From Chthonomonas calidirosea (GTDB lineage Bacteria > Armatimonadota > Fimbriimonadia > Fimbriimonadales > Fimbriimonadaceae), in NCBI GenBank assembly GCA_945859975.1, contig CAMAPH010000003.1:1-64000 (forward strand): a stretch of 64,000 nt of DNA, given 5' to 3'. The translations under genes were made by a program, and so were the position numbers. Numbering within the stretch: position 1 is the first letter of the stretch; the number at the start of each line of letters is the position of its first letter. Of this stretch, positions 19,286-28,751 are shown in pieces. The notes below the pieces were generated by a model. It made no database searches, had not been told where the DNA came from, and worked only from the letters and a program-made list of their open reading frames with translations.

Positions 19286-19900
19286 TTGCGCGTCGCGTTT
19301 CTCCTGGGCGGTGCAGCTTGCCTTACGCTCACGGGCTGTCGCGGCCAAGATTTGAGCCGCACGCTCCAGCCGGGACAAACGTGGACCTACCGTGTCCTCG
19401 CCCCACCCATGCGGTATGTCGAGACCGTCCGCGCAACTCACAATGTCCCGGTCGCCGGAGCAAATGGCGTCGAGCTCATTAGCGGCCTCGGCACATCCCG
19501 TTTGGCCTGGAAAAACAACGTGCTGTATGCCTCCAAACTCGGCACCACCTTTTACGAACCGGCCATCCCGCTTTGGTCTCGCGCCGCGATGAAGCACCAC
19601 GGCCGCGCCGTCGCGTTTGGCAAAACCACGCCGGTCGCCGGCAATCTAACCCCGCCGCCAGACAAGTCGGTGGAGCTGACGATTAACGGACAAAAGCTCA
19701 AGCTGGACGAAGCCGTGATCGTCCTCTCCGGTGGTGGACCCACGCGGGAAATTCGAACTTGGATTCACCCAACCCGCGGCCTGGTGCAACAAGAGGAGCG
19801 TGTGAACGGGCGTTTACGGCTCCAAACGCAAATGCTTACCACCGAAAGTCTTGCCCAGCTCGAAGCTAGCCCGAAAGTTGAACCCAAAAGTCCAGAATGA
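19286..19900 (+). CDS. hypothetical lipoprotein
   Basis: TTG start after SD GGAGG; lipobox LTGC. Confidence 0.65.
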   Translation: MRVAFLLGGAACLTLTGCRGQDLSRTLQPGQTWTYRVLAPPMRYVETVRATHNVPVAGANGVELISGLGTSRLAWKNNVLYASKLGTTFYEPAIPLWSRAAMKHHGRAVAFGKTTPVAGNLTPPPDKSVELTINGQKLKLDEAVIVLSGGGPTREIRTWIHPTRGLVQQEERVNGRLRLQTQMLTTESLAQLEASPKVEPKSPE

Positions 19901-19904
19901 AATA

Positions 19905-20600
19905 ATGCAGTCCGAATTCCTATCGGTTTCGCCGCAGAACCCGATCACCTTCGAGCAGATTCGAAGCAACAACAAGATCAATCAGCTCATCATCGGAGCG
20001 AACGAAGTGATGCTCTCGATGGGATTCACCGAGCACGGACATCGCCACGTTGCCGCCGTTGCGGAAACCACGCGCCGCATTCTCACCTCCATGCGTGTTC
20101 CCGAGCGTGAGATCGAACTTGGGATGATCGCCGCGCACATGCACGACATCGGCAACGCCATCGCCCGACTCAACCACCCCATGCACGGCGCCGCCATGGC
20201 GTTCACGCTTCTGAACGAGTTGAACATGGAGACGTCCGAGATCGTTGCCGTCCTTGGCGCGATCGGAAATCACGAAGAACTGACCGGTGGCCCAGTCTCA
20301 ACGATCTCTGCCGCGGTCATCATCGCCGACAAGAGTGACGTTCACTTCAGCCGAGTTCAGAACCCGATCTTTGAGAGCTTCGACATTCACGACCGAGTGA
20401 ACTACGCAGTGCAAGCCAACGAAGTCGTTATCCGAGAACCCGAAAAGCGCATCGAGCTTGCCCTGACCATTGATAGCACGCAGGCCTCGGTCATGGAGTA
20501 TTTCGAAATTTTCCTCCACCGGATGGTCATGTGCCGCACCGCTTCGGAGAGGCTCGGTTACCGGTTTGCCCTGAATATCAACGGTACGTTCCTCGAATAG
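19905..20600 (+). CDS. HD-domain phosphohydrolase
   Basis: FTEHGHRH, HMHDIGN, GNHEE, IADKSDVH, DIHDRVNYAV. Confidence 0.88.
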   Translation: MQSEFLSVSPQNPITFEQIRSNNKINQLIIGANEVMLSMGFTEHGHRHVAAVAETTRRILTSMRVPEREIELGMIAAHMHDIGNAIARLNHPMHGAAMAFTLLNELNMETSEIVAVLGAIGNHEELTGGPVSTISAAVIIADKSDVHFSRVQNPIFESFDIHDRVNYAVQANEVVIREPEKRIELALTIDSTQASVMEYFEIFLHRMVMCRTASERLGYRFALNINGTFLE

Positions 20601-20603
20601 GAA

Positions 20604-21380
20604 TCAAGCCCGGATGTTGTCTTCGGACGGGCCATCGACCACCGAAATCGTTTTAGGATAGTGAGACAGGTCGAGCTCGTCCAGCGCGGTGTCGATGGAC
20701 TGAAGTTGTGCCCGAGCTTCTGCCATCGCTTCTAAAAAGTCCTGACTGGAAAGCGCCGGCGACTTGTTCACAAGTCGGTATCCAATCATCTTCATCCGCA
20801 ACGTATCGACCGTGGTCATGAACACGGCGGCCTGCGCTTCCGTTCGTCGCACTCCCGACATCACGGCCTGGAACTGCTGGCGATACTCCGCAATGTTTTT
20901 GTCAGCAATTCGATACAGCTCCTTGCTCTGCGGATCGTGGCCATGATTTGCCGTTACCGGAGGGGAATCGTAAAGCCCTTTCTCGGATTCAGCGACCTCA
21001 ACGGAAATCTGGTCTGCTCGTCGAAGCGCAAAGTACAGCCCTTTTGACACCCCGCGGATGGTCTGCGGCATCTCCTGCAAGTCTGCGACTTGGTCCTTTC
21101 GCATGCGCTTCAGCGCCTCTTCGAAACGGGCAAGTCGCTCTTCGCAACCCTTCCAAAGTGCCCGCATTCGACGGTCTTTGAATCGGCGCTCAACGCTAGC
21201 CGAGAGGGCCATCATGCTGAGGACGAAGAGGAGTACTCCCCAAGTGAGTCCGAGCGAGATCAGGTTTTGATGGAAGATCGGATAAACGCCGATTCCGATA
21301 ATGATGCCAACGAACAGACGGCTTGGCGCAAAAAACTCCTCGGCCCAGAGTTTTAGATCCTGCTTGCGCAACTCGTCCAT
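20604..21380 (-). CDS. hypothetical protein with two TM helices and a coiled-coil region
   Basis: 258-aa ORF directly downstream of gatA. Confidence 0.7.
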   Translation of the reverse strand: MDELRKQDLKLWAEEFFAPSRLFVGIIIGIGVYPIFHQNLISLGLTWGVLLFVLSMMALSASVERRFKDRRMRALWKGCEERLARFEEALKRMRKDQVADLQEMPQTIRGVSKGLYFALRRADQISVEVAESEKGLYDSPPVTANHGHDPQSKELYRIADKNIAEYRQQFQAVMSGVRRTEAQAAVFMTTVDTLRMKMIGYRLVNKSPALSSQDFLEAMAEARAQLQSIDTALDELDLSHYPKTISVVDGPSEDNIRA

Positions 21381-21389
21381 ACCGACATG

Positions 21390-22841
21390 CTACGGCATAG
21401 GGGGACGGCCGGATGCACCTGGCAGGGCTTTTTCTATGGCGTATGCCGCCTGCAAAACGCTTTCGTCCTCAAGCGGCGCCGCCAACAACTGCAATCCAAC
21501 TGGCAATCCACCCGCAAATCCTGCGTTGATCGAGATTCCCGGCATCCCACCCATGTTGGCGGGAATCGTGCAGTAATCCAGAAGCTTTAGCGCTAGCGGG
21601 TCCTGGTTCAACTCGCCAATCTTGAACGCGGTGATCGGACTCGTAGGCGACAACACAAAGTCGTAGTCCTGATAAACCTGAGCGAACTCTTGCTGCATGA
21701 TGGCTCGCACCTGCTGGGCGCGCACGTAGTAAGCGTCGTAATAGCCCGCGGAGAGGGCGTAGGTTCCGATCATAATTCGGGTTTTGACTTCCTTTCCGAA
21801 TCCGGCGCTTCGAGTCTTTTCGACCAAATCGATGTGCCCCTTACCTTCAGCCCGGAGACCGTAGCGGATGCCATCGAATCGTCCCAGGTTGCTGCTGGCT
21901 TCTGCCGGAGCGATGATGTAGTAAGTCGTAACGCCGAGTTTGATACTCGGGATGGAAACGCGATTGAAGACCACGCCTTCCGCTTCCAGCGTCTTCATTG
22001 CTTCTTCGATGACGGCCTGCACCTCGGGCGAAGTGGCATCGCCGAACATTTCGTCCGGGACCGCAACCTTCATTCCCTTCAAAGAACGACTCTTCAGGGA
22101 AGAAATATCGATTGGAGGGTTCGGGAGGGACGTGCCATCGCGCGGATCCTTTCCGCTGGTGACGCTAGCCAGCAAAGCGGCATCTTCGACGTTTCGCGCA
22201 AGCGGCCCAATCTGGTCCAGCGACGAGCCAAAGGCAATCAAGCCGTATCTAGAAGTTCTTCCGTAGGTCGGCTTAAACCCGACAATTCCGCACAAGCTCG
22301 CGGGTTGCCGGATCGATCCGCCCGTATCCGAACCTAACGCAACCGGAGCAAGCTCTGCCGCGACGGCCGCAGCCGAACCACCAGAAGATCCGCCTGGTGA
22401 GCGAGTGGTGTCCCAAGGGTTCTTTGTGAGCTGGTACGCGGAGGTCTCCGTCGAAGCACCCATGGCAAACTCGTCCAGATTGGTCTTTCCGAGCACAACT
22501 CCGTCTGCCGCGAGAATCTGTTCGACTACCGTCGCATTGAAGGGAGGAACGTACCCCTCAAGAATCTTTGAGGCACAAGTCGTTTCGATGCCAAGCGTGC
22601 TGATGTTGTCCTTTAGCGCGATCGGAACGCCGGCGAGTAATCCGGCTTCTCCACGATCAACTCGTTCCTGAACTGCGGCCGCTTGCTCAAGGGTGACATC
22701 TGGGGCAAGCCGCAGGAAGGCGCCGTATTGACCGTCTAGTTCCCCAACACGATCAATGAAGGCTTGGGCGACCTCTACGCAGGAAACTTCTTTGGCGCGA
22801 ACCTTCGCCGCAATTTCAAATGCAGATAAACCGGTCAACAT
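21390..22841 (-). CDS. gatA: Asp/Glu-tRNA amidotransferase subunit A
   Basis: GKTNLDEFAMG, PGGSSGGSAAAV, GSDTGGSIRQPA, SSNLGRFDGIRYG; follows gatC. Confidence 0.96.
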   Translation of the reverse strand: MLTGLSAFEIAAKVRAKEVSCVEVAQAFIDRVGELDGQYGAFLRLAPDVTLEQAAAVQERVDRGEAGLLAGVPIALKDNISTLGIETTCASKILEGYVPPFNATVVEQILAADGVVLGKTNLDEFAMGASTETSAYQLTKNPWDTTRSPGGSSGGSAAAVAAELAPVALGSDTGGSIRQPASLCGIVGFKPTYGRTSRYGLIAFGSSLDQIGPLARNVEDAALLASVTSGKDPRDGTSLPNPPIDISSLKSRSLKGMKVAVPDEMFGDATSPEVQAVIEEAMKTLEAEGVVFNRVSIPSIKLGVTTYYIIAPAEASSNLGRFDGIRYGLRAEGKGHIDLVEKTRSAGFGKEVKTRIMIGTYALSAGYYDAYYVRAQQVRAIMQQEFAQVYQDYDFVLSPTSPITAFKIGELNQDPLALKLLDYCTIPANMGGMPGISINAGFAGGLPVGLQLLAAPLEDESVLQAAYAIEKALPGASGRPPMP

Positions 22842-22845
22842 CGGA

Positions 22846-23136
22846 TTAATCCTCGATGATTTGGGGGACAACAAAGAGCCCGGCACGATGCAGAGCTGCG
22901 TTTCGGAGCGCGGTCACTCGAGGGAGGCCTTCTTCGGCAATGTCCTCGGCCCAGACGTTTTGCATTACAGCGGCGTGCGAAGTTGGCACAATGCCGCTGA
23001 CATCGACCTTCTGGATGTCGCTAAAGTGCCCGATCAGCGCGTTGAGTTCGCTCTGAAAGTACACAATTTCGCCTTCGTCAAGATCAAGTCGGGCGAGCTT
23101 GGCGACGTGGCGAACCTCTTCCAAGGTAATTGCCAT
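22846..23136 (-). CDS. gatC: Asp/Glu-tRNA amidotransferase subunit C
   Basis: ITLEEVRHVAKLARL...FVVPQI. Confidence 0.95.
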   Translation of the reverse strand: MAITLEEVRHVAKLARLDLDEGEIVYFQSELNALIGHFSDIQKVDVSGIVPTSHAAVMQNVWAEDIAEEGLPRVTALRNAALHRAGLFVVPQIIED

Positions 23137-23221
23137 GGGCGTTAAATGTACCTGAGCTTCCTTAATAACGCTCCGACAATTTCTCCGGCCGTGGCAGACC
23201 GGCTACGGACCCATAATACGA

Positions 23222-25210
23222 ATGATGCAACGACCGGCGTTCAACGTGGTGACCTTCATCTTGGTCACTTTGTGCAGCGCGGGAGCCATTGTTGCGATGA
23301 CGAAGCGGTTCATTCCCCCGCCTCCTGCAAATTCGCTCAAAGATTCTTCGGATGCGTTCCTGACTCAAGCGATGTACCAGCCCATTCAGTGGCAACTGAT
23401 CGGCGATGCCCCGCTCGCGCAGGCCCGAAGGGAAAACAAGCCGATCATGCTCGTGATCGGGACCCCTTGGAGCAACCCAGGGCGAGCCTTTGACCGCGAG
23501 GTCTTCCGCGATCCCGAGATTGCAAATTACGTTGGCCGCTACTTTGTCTGCATGCGGGTCGACGGCAATGAGTACCCAGAATGGCTGAACGCCATGCTTC
23601 CGCTCAGCCGCATTTCGGCGGGGATGCAGCCGGGATATCAAATCTGGACGCTCGATTCCCAGGCCCGCGTGATTCGATTTATCGGCAGAAGCGAAGATTC
23701 ACCCACCCTGAACGCAACGACTTTCTATGGAAATCTCCGGCAGTCGGTCGCAGAGTTTGCCGAGTTGGCGGGCGAAGAGCCTTCCCTATATCGCGCCCAG
23801 ACCGAGGACGTTGTCCAGCTCACTCTGAATGCGAACGGGGGTAATCGCCTGGATCGGCGTCGGGAGCTTCCGTTGTCGGTTTATACCAACGGACCGTCGA
23901 TGCTCATTCAATCGGCGGAACGTGCTTCGGTGGAGCCCGGGGTCATCCGATACATGCTCGCCGCAGGTCGATTTGAGGAAGCCGAGGTGGTGCTTATGGA
24001 GTGGATTACCTCTGCACTGTTCGACCCGGTGAACGGTGGATGGTGGAACTCCGTGCGCGGTGCGCAGCTAGACCGCCTGAGCTACGACAAGCTCACGATC
24101 CAAAACGCCGAGATGGCGAGTGTGCTTGCGGCAGTTGCGGCCGCTCGCAAGAATCCGCACCTTGCCGAAGCTGCACGGCTTACCTTTGACTACATTTACA
24201 CCGTGGCAAAAAATGGCGATGGAATCGCCTCGTGCCAGATTGGGGATGAAGAACAAAACGGCCGCAGTAAGTCCGCCAGTGTCGGCCGAGCTCGTCTCGG
24301 AACCTTAACACCGGAGCTCCAACGCTGGGCCGGCGAAAACTTGAACCTAGTTCTTGGCCAAAACTCCACCATGGTGCCGCGGCTAAACAACGCGCCGGCG
24401 CTGCTTGCCCCGGAAATGGTTGCCATTCGACAGGAACTGCGCAAAGATCGGCCCGAGTCTGCGGAAATGGTCACGGAGCGGTACCTATACGTTGAAGGCA
24501 CGGTGGCCGCGCGAACCATCGAAGCGGCAAACCTACTGGGAGATGCATCTCGGTTGGATACCGCGCTACTCGCCAACGACCGACTTCGGGAGTTCATTGT
24601 TAACGATGTATGGCAACGCCGCCTCTCGCCCGAGCCCAGCGCGCAGGTCACATTCAAATGCCAGTTGGCGTATGCCGATTCGGAATTGCAAGCTTTCATC
24701 GCGACCGGGCGAGTGGTGAGTTTAAGCAACGGGCTGGAAATCCTCAAAACGTCGATGAAGTCTCATGCCTCCGGCGTGAAGGGGGTCTATCTCAACGCGC
24801 CGAAGTTCATCGGCAAGCTTCAGATTCCACAAGTCGCTGTGCCAGAAGTCGCAGACAACATTGGCCAGTCGACCACCGCAACGGCGGTTCGTCTTTGCGC
24901 GGCGTACGGGCTTGCGCTTGGCGAGAGACCGTTGTACGAAGTTTCGAGACAAATTGTCGAGCACAACGCGAACATCCTCCCAACTCACCCTTTGGCCGCA
25001 TCAATGATGGCCGTGGCCATCACTTCCACCTCCGATTCGGTCCTCGTCGCGGGCGGTTCGGACGCCGTCGAGCGATGTGCTCAACTCATGCGAGAAGATC
25101 CGAGTCGAATGGTTTTTCCCGGAATTGGGAAAGTTGCGGGCACAAAAGGCACCGTGCCCCAGGGACTATTCCGAAAGAGTTCAACCGGCGTACTCACGCC
25201 CGTTCGATAA
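23222..25210 (+). CDS. divergent DUF255/YyaL-like thioredoxin plus alpha-barrel protein
   Basis: NSLKDSSDAFL..AMYQPIQW, AQARRENKPIML, FRDPEIANYV..YFVCMRVD..EYPE, DPVNGGW, YDKLTIQNA. Confidence 0.75.
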   Translation: MMQRPAFNVVTFILVTLCSAGAIVAMTKRFIPPPPANSLKDSSDAFLTQAMYQPIQWQLIGDAPLAQARRENKPIMLVIGTPWSNPGRAFDREVFRDPEIANYVGRYFVCMRVDGNEYPEWLNAMLPLSRISAGMQPGYQIWTLDSQARVIRFIGRSEDSPTLNATTFYGNLRQSVAEFAELAGEEPSLYRAQTEDVVQLTLNANGGNRLDRRRELPLSVYTNGPSMLIQSAERASVEPGVIRYMLAAGRFEEAEVVLMEWITSALFDPVNGGWWNSVRGAQLDRLSYDKLTIQNAEMASVLAAVAAARKNPHLAEAARLTFDYIYTVAKNGDGIASCQIGDEEQNGRSKSASVGRARLGTLTPELQRWAGENLNLVLGQNSTMVPRLNNAPALLAPEMVAIRQELRKDRPESAEMVTERYLYVEGTVAARTIEAANLLGDASRLDTALLANDRLREFIVNDVWQRRLSPEPSAQVTFKCQLAYADSELQAFIATGRVVSLSNGLEILKTSMKSHASGVKGVYLNAPKFIGKLQIPQVAVPEVADNIGQSTTATAVRLCAAYGLALGERPLYEVSRQIVEHNANILPTHPLAASMMAVAITSTSDSVLVAGGSDAVERCAQLMREDPSRMVFPGIGKVAGTKGTVPQGLFRKSSTGVLTPVR

Positions 25211-25229
25211 CCGCAAGTACAATTTTCAC

Positions 25230-25688
25230 GTGGCCACCTACCGAATTTGTCGAACCTTTACGGTGGAAAGCGGGCACATGCTAAGCCGACACCCAGAGCG
25301 CTGCCGGTTTCCGCACGGACACACCCGGACCATCGAAGTCGTGGTTTCTGGAAAGCAGTTGGACGAGAACGACATGCTCTTGGACTTCAAGGCTCTGAAA
25401 CTCGCGCTCACCGAGTACTTCGATCGCTACGACCATGCGATGGCAATCAACTCCACTGATCCGCTGTTGCCGACACTCATGGCGATGTATCCCGAAAACG
25501 CGGTTGTGGTTTTTGACAACGCCGAACCAACCACCGAAAAAATGGCGGAAGACCTCTATCGGTTTACCGAGCATGTTTTGGCACAAGGTTTCACTTCCGG
25601 CCCGTACGTCATCCGGCCCGGGCAAGTCCAACTCGACCGAGTTCGCGTTTGGGAAACCCCGCAGTCTTGGGCGGAATACAGCGCATGA
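25230..25688 (+). CDS. queD: 6-carboxytetrahydropterin synthase
   Basis: ESGHML...CRFPHGH, MLLDF, YDH, PTTE, VRVWETP. GTG start. Confidence 0.88.
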   Translation: MATYRICRTFTVESGHMLSRHPERCRFPHGHTRTIEVVVSGKQLDENDMLLDFKALKLALTEYFDRYDHAMAINSTDPLLPTLMAMYPENAVVVFDNAEPTTEKMAEDLYRFTEHVLAQGFTSGPYVIRPGQVQLDRVRVWETPQSWAEYSA

Positions 25689-26137
25689 AACGAGTGCTGC
25701 TCTGGATCGGCGGAATCGTCTTGCTGGTCTGTACCGGCGTCGTCTGGCTGAACATTGCAGCAATCGCGCGCAGCAAACAACGGGTTCAACGCATCGGCGA
25801 ACCAAAACCGGAGCTTTTACGAGCTATTTCAGAAGCGCGATCCCGATTAGCCGAGTTTGACGAGTACCTCAGCAAGCCAAAACCGACCGACCGTTTTGCC
25901 ATCCGGTCCACATTCAAGTCGGAATTCGGGAACGAATACCTTTGGGTAAAAGACCCGATCCCGTCGCCCAAGGGCTATCTCGGCCTGCTTGACCAGAAGC
26001 CAATGGCTTACAAAGCGGACAAGGGCGAGCTCGTGGCCATAAAGCGAGCCGACATTGTGGATTGGATGGTTCGCCGAGACGGAAAAGTGATCGGTGGCTT
26101 CACCGAAGAGGCATTGAAAGGCAGAACGGTACAATAG
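25685..26137 (+). CDS. DUF2314/YegJ family protein
   Basis: AISEARSRL, EYLWV, G.LDQKP, IVDWM, GGFT. Confidence 0.75.
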   Translation: MKRVLLWIGGIVLLVCTGVVWLNIAAIARSKQRVQRIGEPKPELLRAISEARSRLAEFDEYLSKPKPTDRFAIRSTFKSEFGNEYLWVKDPIPSPKGYLGLLDQKPMAYKADKGELVAIKRADIVDWMVRRDGKVIGGFTEEALKGRTVQ

Positions 26138-26195
26138 GAGGGCGGAAACGCACCGAGTTGCGCCAATGAAGTCGTCCCCTCGAGCCGTGATTTCT

Positions 26196-27701
26196 ATGCT
26201 GTCCCTAGCTACCGTTGCCGACGTCCGGTTCAACCCATCGGTTGAGTCCCTGATCCAAGATTGCGTCGAAACCGACGGCTGTCGCCTCACTACCGAGGGT
26301 GCCGCGGTGGCCTATAGCGGCAAATACACCGGTCGCGTACCAAAGTTCAAGTTCACCGTCGACGATGAGAGCACGCACGATCTCGTCTGGTGGGACAACA
26401 ACCACGCGATGTCTCCGGACACGTTCGACTCATTGAAGGAGAAGCTTGTTGACTACGCCAAGGGTCACCGCCTCTATGTCATCGATACTTTCGCAGGAGC
26501 TGATCCGGCATACCGAATTGCGGTCCGATTCATTGTCGAGCGACCGTACCATGCCCTCTTCATTCGGCAGCTTTTGATCCGGCCAACCGCCGAAGAACTC
26601 GCAACTTATGAGCCCGATTGGACGGCGCTAAACGTCGGCAAGCACGAACTGAGCCCCGAGGACGGAAGCGGTGGCGACGCCGCCGTGGCGATCGACTTCA
26701 CTCGAAAAGAGATCCTCATTGCCGGCACCCAATACGCTGGTGAAATGAAGAAATCGGTCTTCAGCATTATGAACTTGCTGTTGCCCGAGGCCGGAGTTTT
26801 GAGCATGCACTGCTCCGCTAACGTCGGTCCGAAAGGCGACACGGCTCTCTTCTTTGGCCTCAGCGGCACGGGCAAAACGACCCTCTCTGCCGATCCCGAG
26901 CGGAACCTCATTGGCGACGATGAGCACGGCTGGAGCGACACAAGCGTGTTCAACGTCGAGGGTGGCTGCTATGCCAAGTGCATTCGCCTTTCCGCTGAGG
27001 GTGAACCCGAAATTTATGGTGCGATTCGGACCGGCGCGATTCTAGAGAATGTAGTGCTTGACGATGCCGGAACGCCGAACTACGACGACGCGAGCATCAC
27101 CGAAAACACTCGCGCCGCGTATCCGCTCGAGTCGATTCCGAACGCGCTTCACCCGAGCGTCGGCGGGCACCCAGAGAATATTGTCTTCCTCACCTGTGAC
27201 GCTCAAGGCGTGCTGCCCCCGATTTCAAAGCTCACTCCCGAGCAGGCCATGCAGCACTTTTTGAACGGCTACACCTCAAAGTTGGCCGGAACAGAAGTCG
27301 GTGTCACTGAACCCGAGCTCGTGTTCTCCACTTGCTTTGGCCAGCCATTCTTGCCTTTGCACCCAAGCCGCTACGCAACCTTGCTCGCCGAGAAAATCCG
27401 CAAGCACGGCGCAAGGGTTTGGCTTGTTAACACCGGCTGGACCGGCGGGAAATACGGGGCAGGATCGCGAATCAAGCTGAAATACACCCGTGCAATGCTT
27501 CGAGCTGCTTTCCACGGTGATCTAGACACGGTCGCGTACGAAACCGAACCAGTCTTTGGACTGTCCGTTCCTACTTCGTGCCCCGACGTTCCGTCCGAGG
27601 TACTGATGCCGCGAGGAACTTGGAGCGACCCGGCCGAGTACGACCGAACGGCTTTAGCTCTTAAGGCTAAGTTCGACGCCCAGACGGCGAAATTCGCCTG
27701 A
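26196..27701 (+). CDS. pckA: phosphoenolpyruvate carboxykinase (ATP)
   Basis: YAGEMKK, MHCSAN, FFGLSGTGKTTLSAD, LIGDDEHGW, FNVEGGCYAK, ENTRAAYP. Alternative start 26166. Confidence 0.96.
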   Translation: MLSLATVADVRFNPSVESLIQDCVETDGCRLTTEGAAVAYSGKYTGRVPKFKFTVDDESTHDLVWWDNNHAMSPDTFDSLKEKLVDYAKGHRLYVIDTFAGADPAYRIAVRFIVERPYHALFIRQLLIRPTAEELATYEPDWTALNVGKHELSPEDGSGGDAAVAIDFTRKEILIAGTQYAGEMKKSVFSIMNLLLPEAGVLSMHCSANVGPKGDTALFFGLSGTGKTTLSADPERNLIGDDEHGWSDTSVFNVEGGCYAKCIRLSAEGEPEIYGAIRTGAILENVVLDDAGTPNYDDASITENTRAAYPLESIPNALHPSVGGHPENIVFLTCDAQGVLPPISKLTPEQAMQHFLNGYTSKLAGTEVGVTEPELVFSTCFGQPFLPLHPSRYATLLAEKIRKHGARVWLVNTGWTGGKYGAGSRIKLKYTRAMLRAAFHGDLDTVAYETEPVFGLSVPTSCPDVPSEVLMPRGTWSDPAEYDRTALALKAKFDAQTAKFA

Positions 27702-27766
27702 CGACTTCCAACGCTTTCAACGCATTCTGACCATTCCAAGAACCCTAATGCCGTAGAATAGGCGCG

Positions 27767-28297
27767 ATGGGTTTCTTCGTAATTGCAGATGATGGCAACA
27801 AGTACGGTCCGGCGGACCTCGCCACCCTTAATGCATGGATCGCGGAAGGGCGACTTCAGCCCAATACGATCTTAGAAGAAGTTCAGACTATGGAGCGACG
27901 ACCGGCTTCGACCGTGCCCGGACTCAACTTCCCCGGCGCCCCCGGTCCCCAAGCCGCGCGAACTTACGCCAACCCGACCGCCGGACCCAACATTGGCCAG
28001 CCAAACGTCGGCCAGCCGGGAGGCTACAGCTATCAGCCAGGTAACTACGGAATGTCCGGTATGGGCGGTGGAATCAGCGCGGAAGCGACAAGCGAGCTCA
28101 ACAAGGCTTGGATGTGCGCCGTGGTTGGTTTCCTTTGCTGCGGATTCCTTCCGATCTACGGAATCATTTGCGCAAACAAAGCCGAGAGCCTCGGCCATCC
28201 CCAAGGCAAGACGGCGAAGATCGTGAACATCGTGATCCTCGTTCTGATCTGCGGTGGCGCAGTGGCTGGTGGGCTCCTCCAGAGCGTGATTCGCTAA
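27767..28297 (+). CDS. membrane protein with a GYF-like N-terminal domain
   Basis: DGNKYGPADLATLNAWIAEGRL, a Pro/Gly linker and C-terminal TM helices; paralog at 48591-49097. Confidence 0.75.
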   Translation: MGFFVIADDGNKYGPADLATLNAWIAEGRLQPNTILEEVQTMERRPASTVPGLNFPGAPGPQAARTYANPTAGPNIGQPNVGQPGGYSYQPGNYGMSGMGGGISAEATSELNKAWMCAVVGFLCCGFLPIYGIICANKAESLGHPQGKTAKIVNIVILVLICGGAVAGGLLQSVIR

Positions 28298-28302
28298 CGT
28301 CT

Positions 28303-28719
28303 CTACTTAGCAGGAGACTTAACCAGCACCACATCCAACTCGCCGAACGGCAATCGCTGGCGGTAGGTGCAGGAGTTGTCCTTCGGGTCCAACTTAAGTT
28401 CGATCAGCGGGCCATTCGTGACGGTCAAGGTAATTTTTTCCGCATCCGCTGTCCAGTTTCCGGAGACGGTGGAAGGTCCAAGGCCCTCCGGCTGCTTCAG
28501 GACGAAGGTCGTATCTTTCGAAAGCTCAAGGTCGTAGGCGCCAACGGCCTTCTGTACCCGCTCTTCAACGCCTGGAAACGGCCGTTCAGAAACCAGCCGC
28601 GACCGCTTTGCATCCACTTTCCAAGTTCCGGCGAGCGGAGATTCTTGGGTGTTTGAACAACCCGCAAGTACAAAAAGCACTGCGAACATCAACATAAACC
28701 GCAAAAAATACTTGTCCAT
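28303..28719 (-). CDS. lipocalin-like lipoprotein
   Basis: Lipobox LAGC; LAGTWK and SGNWT motifs. Confidence 0.65.
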   Translation of the reverse strand: MDKYFLRFMLMFAVLFVLAGCSNTQESPLAGTWKVDAKRSRLVSERPFPGVEERVQKAVGAYDLELSKDTTFVLKQPEGLGPSTVSGNWTADAEKITLTVTNGPLIELKLDPKDNSCTYRQRLPFGELDVVLVKSPAK

Positions 28720-28751
28720 CGGAATTCCTTATCGTACTCTGAGGATGTCTT

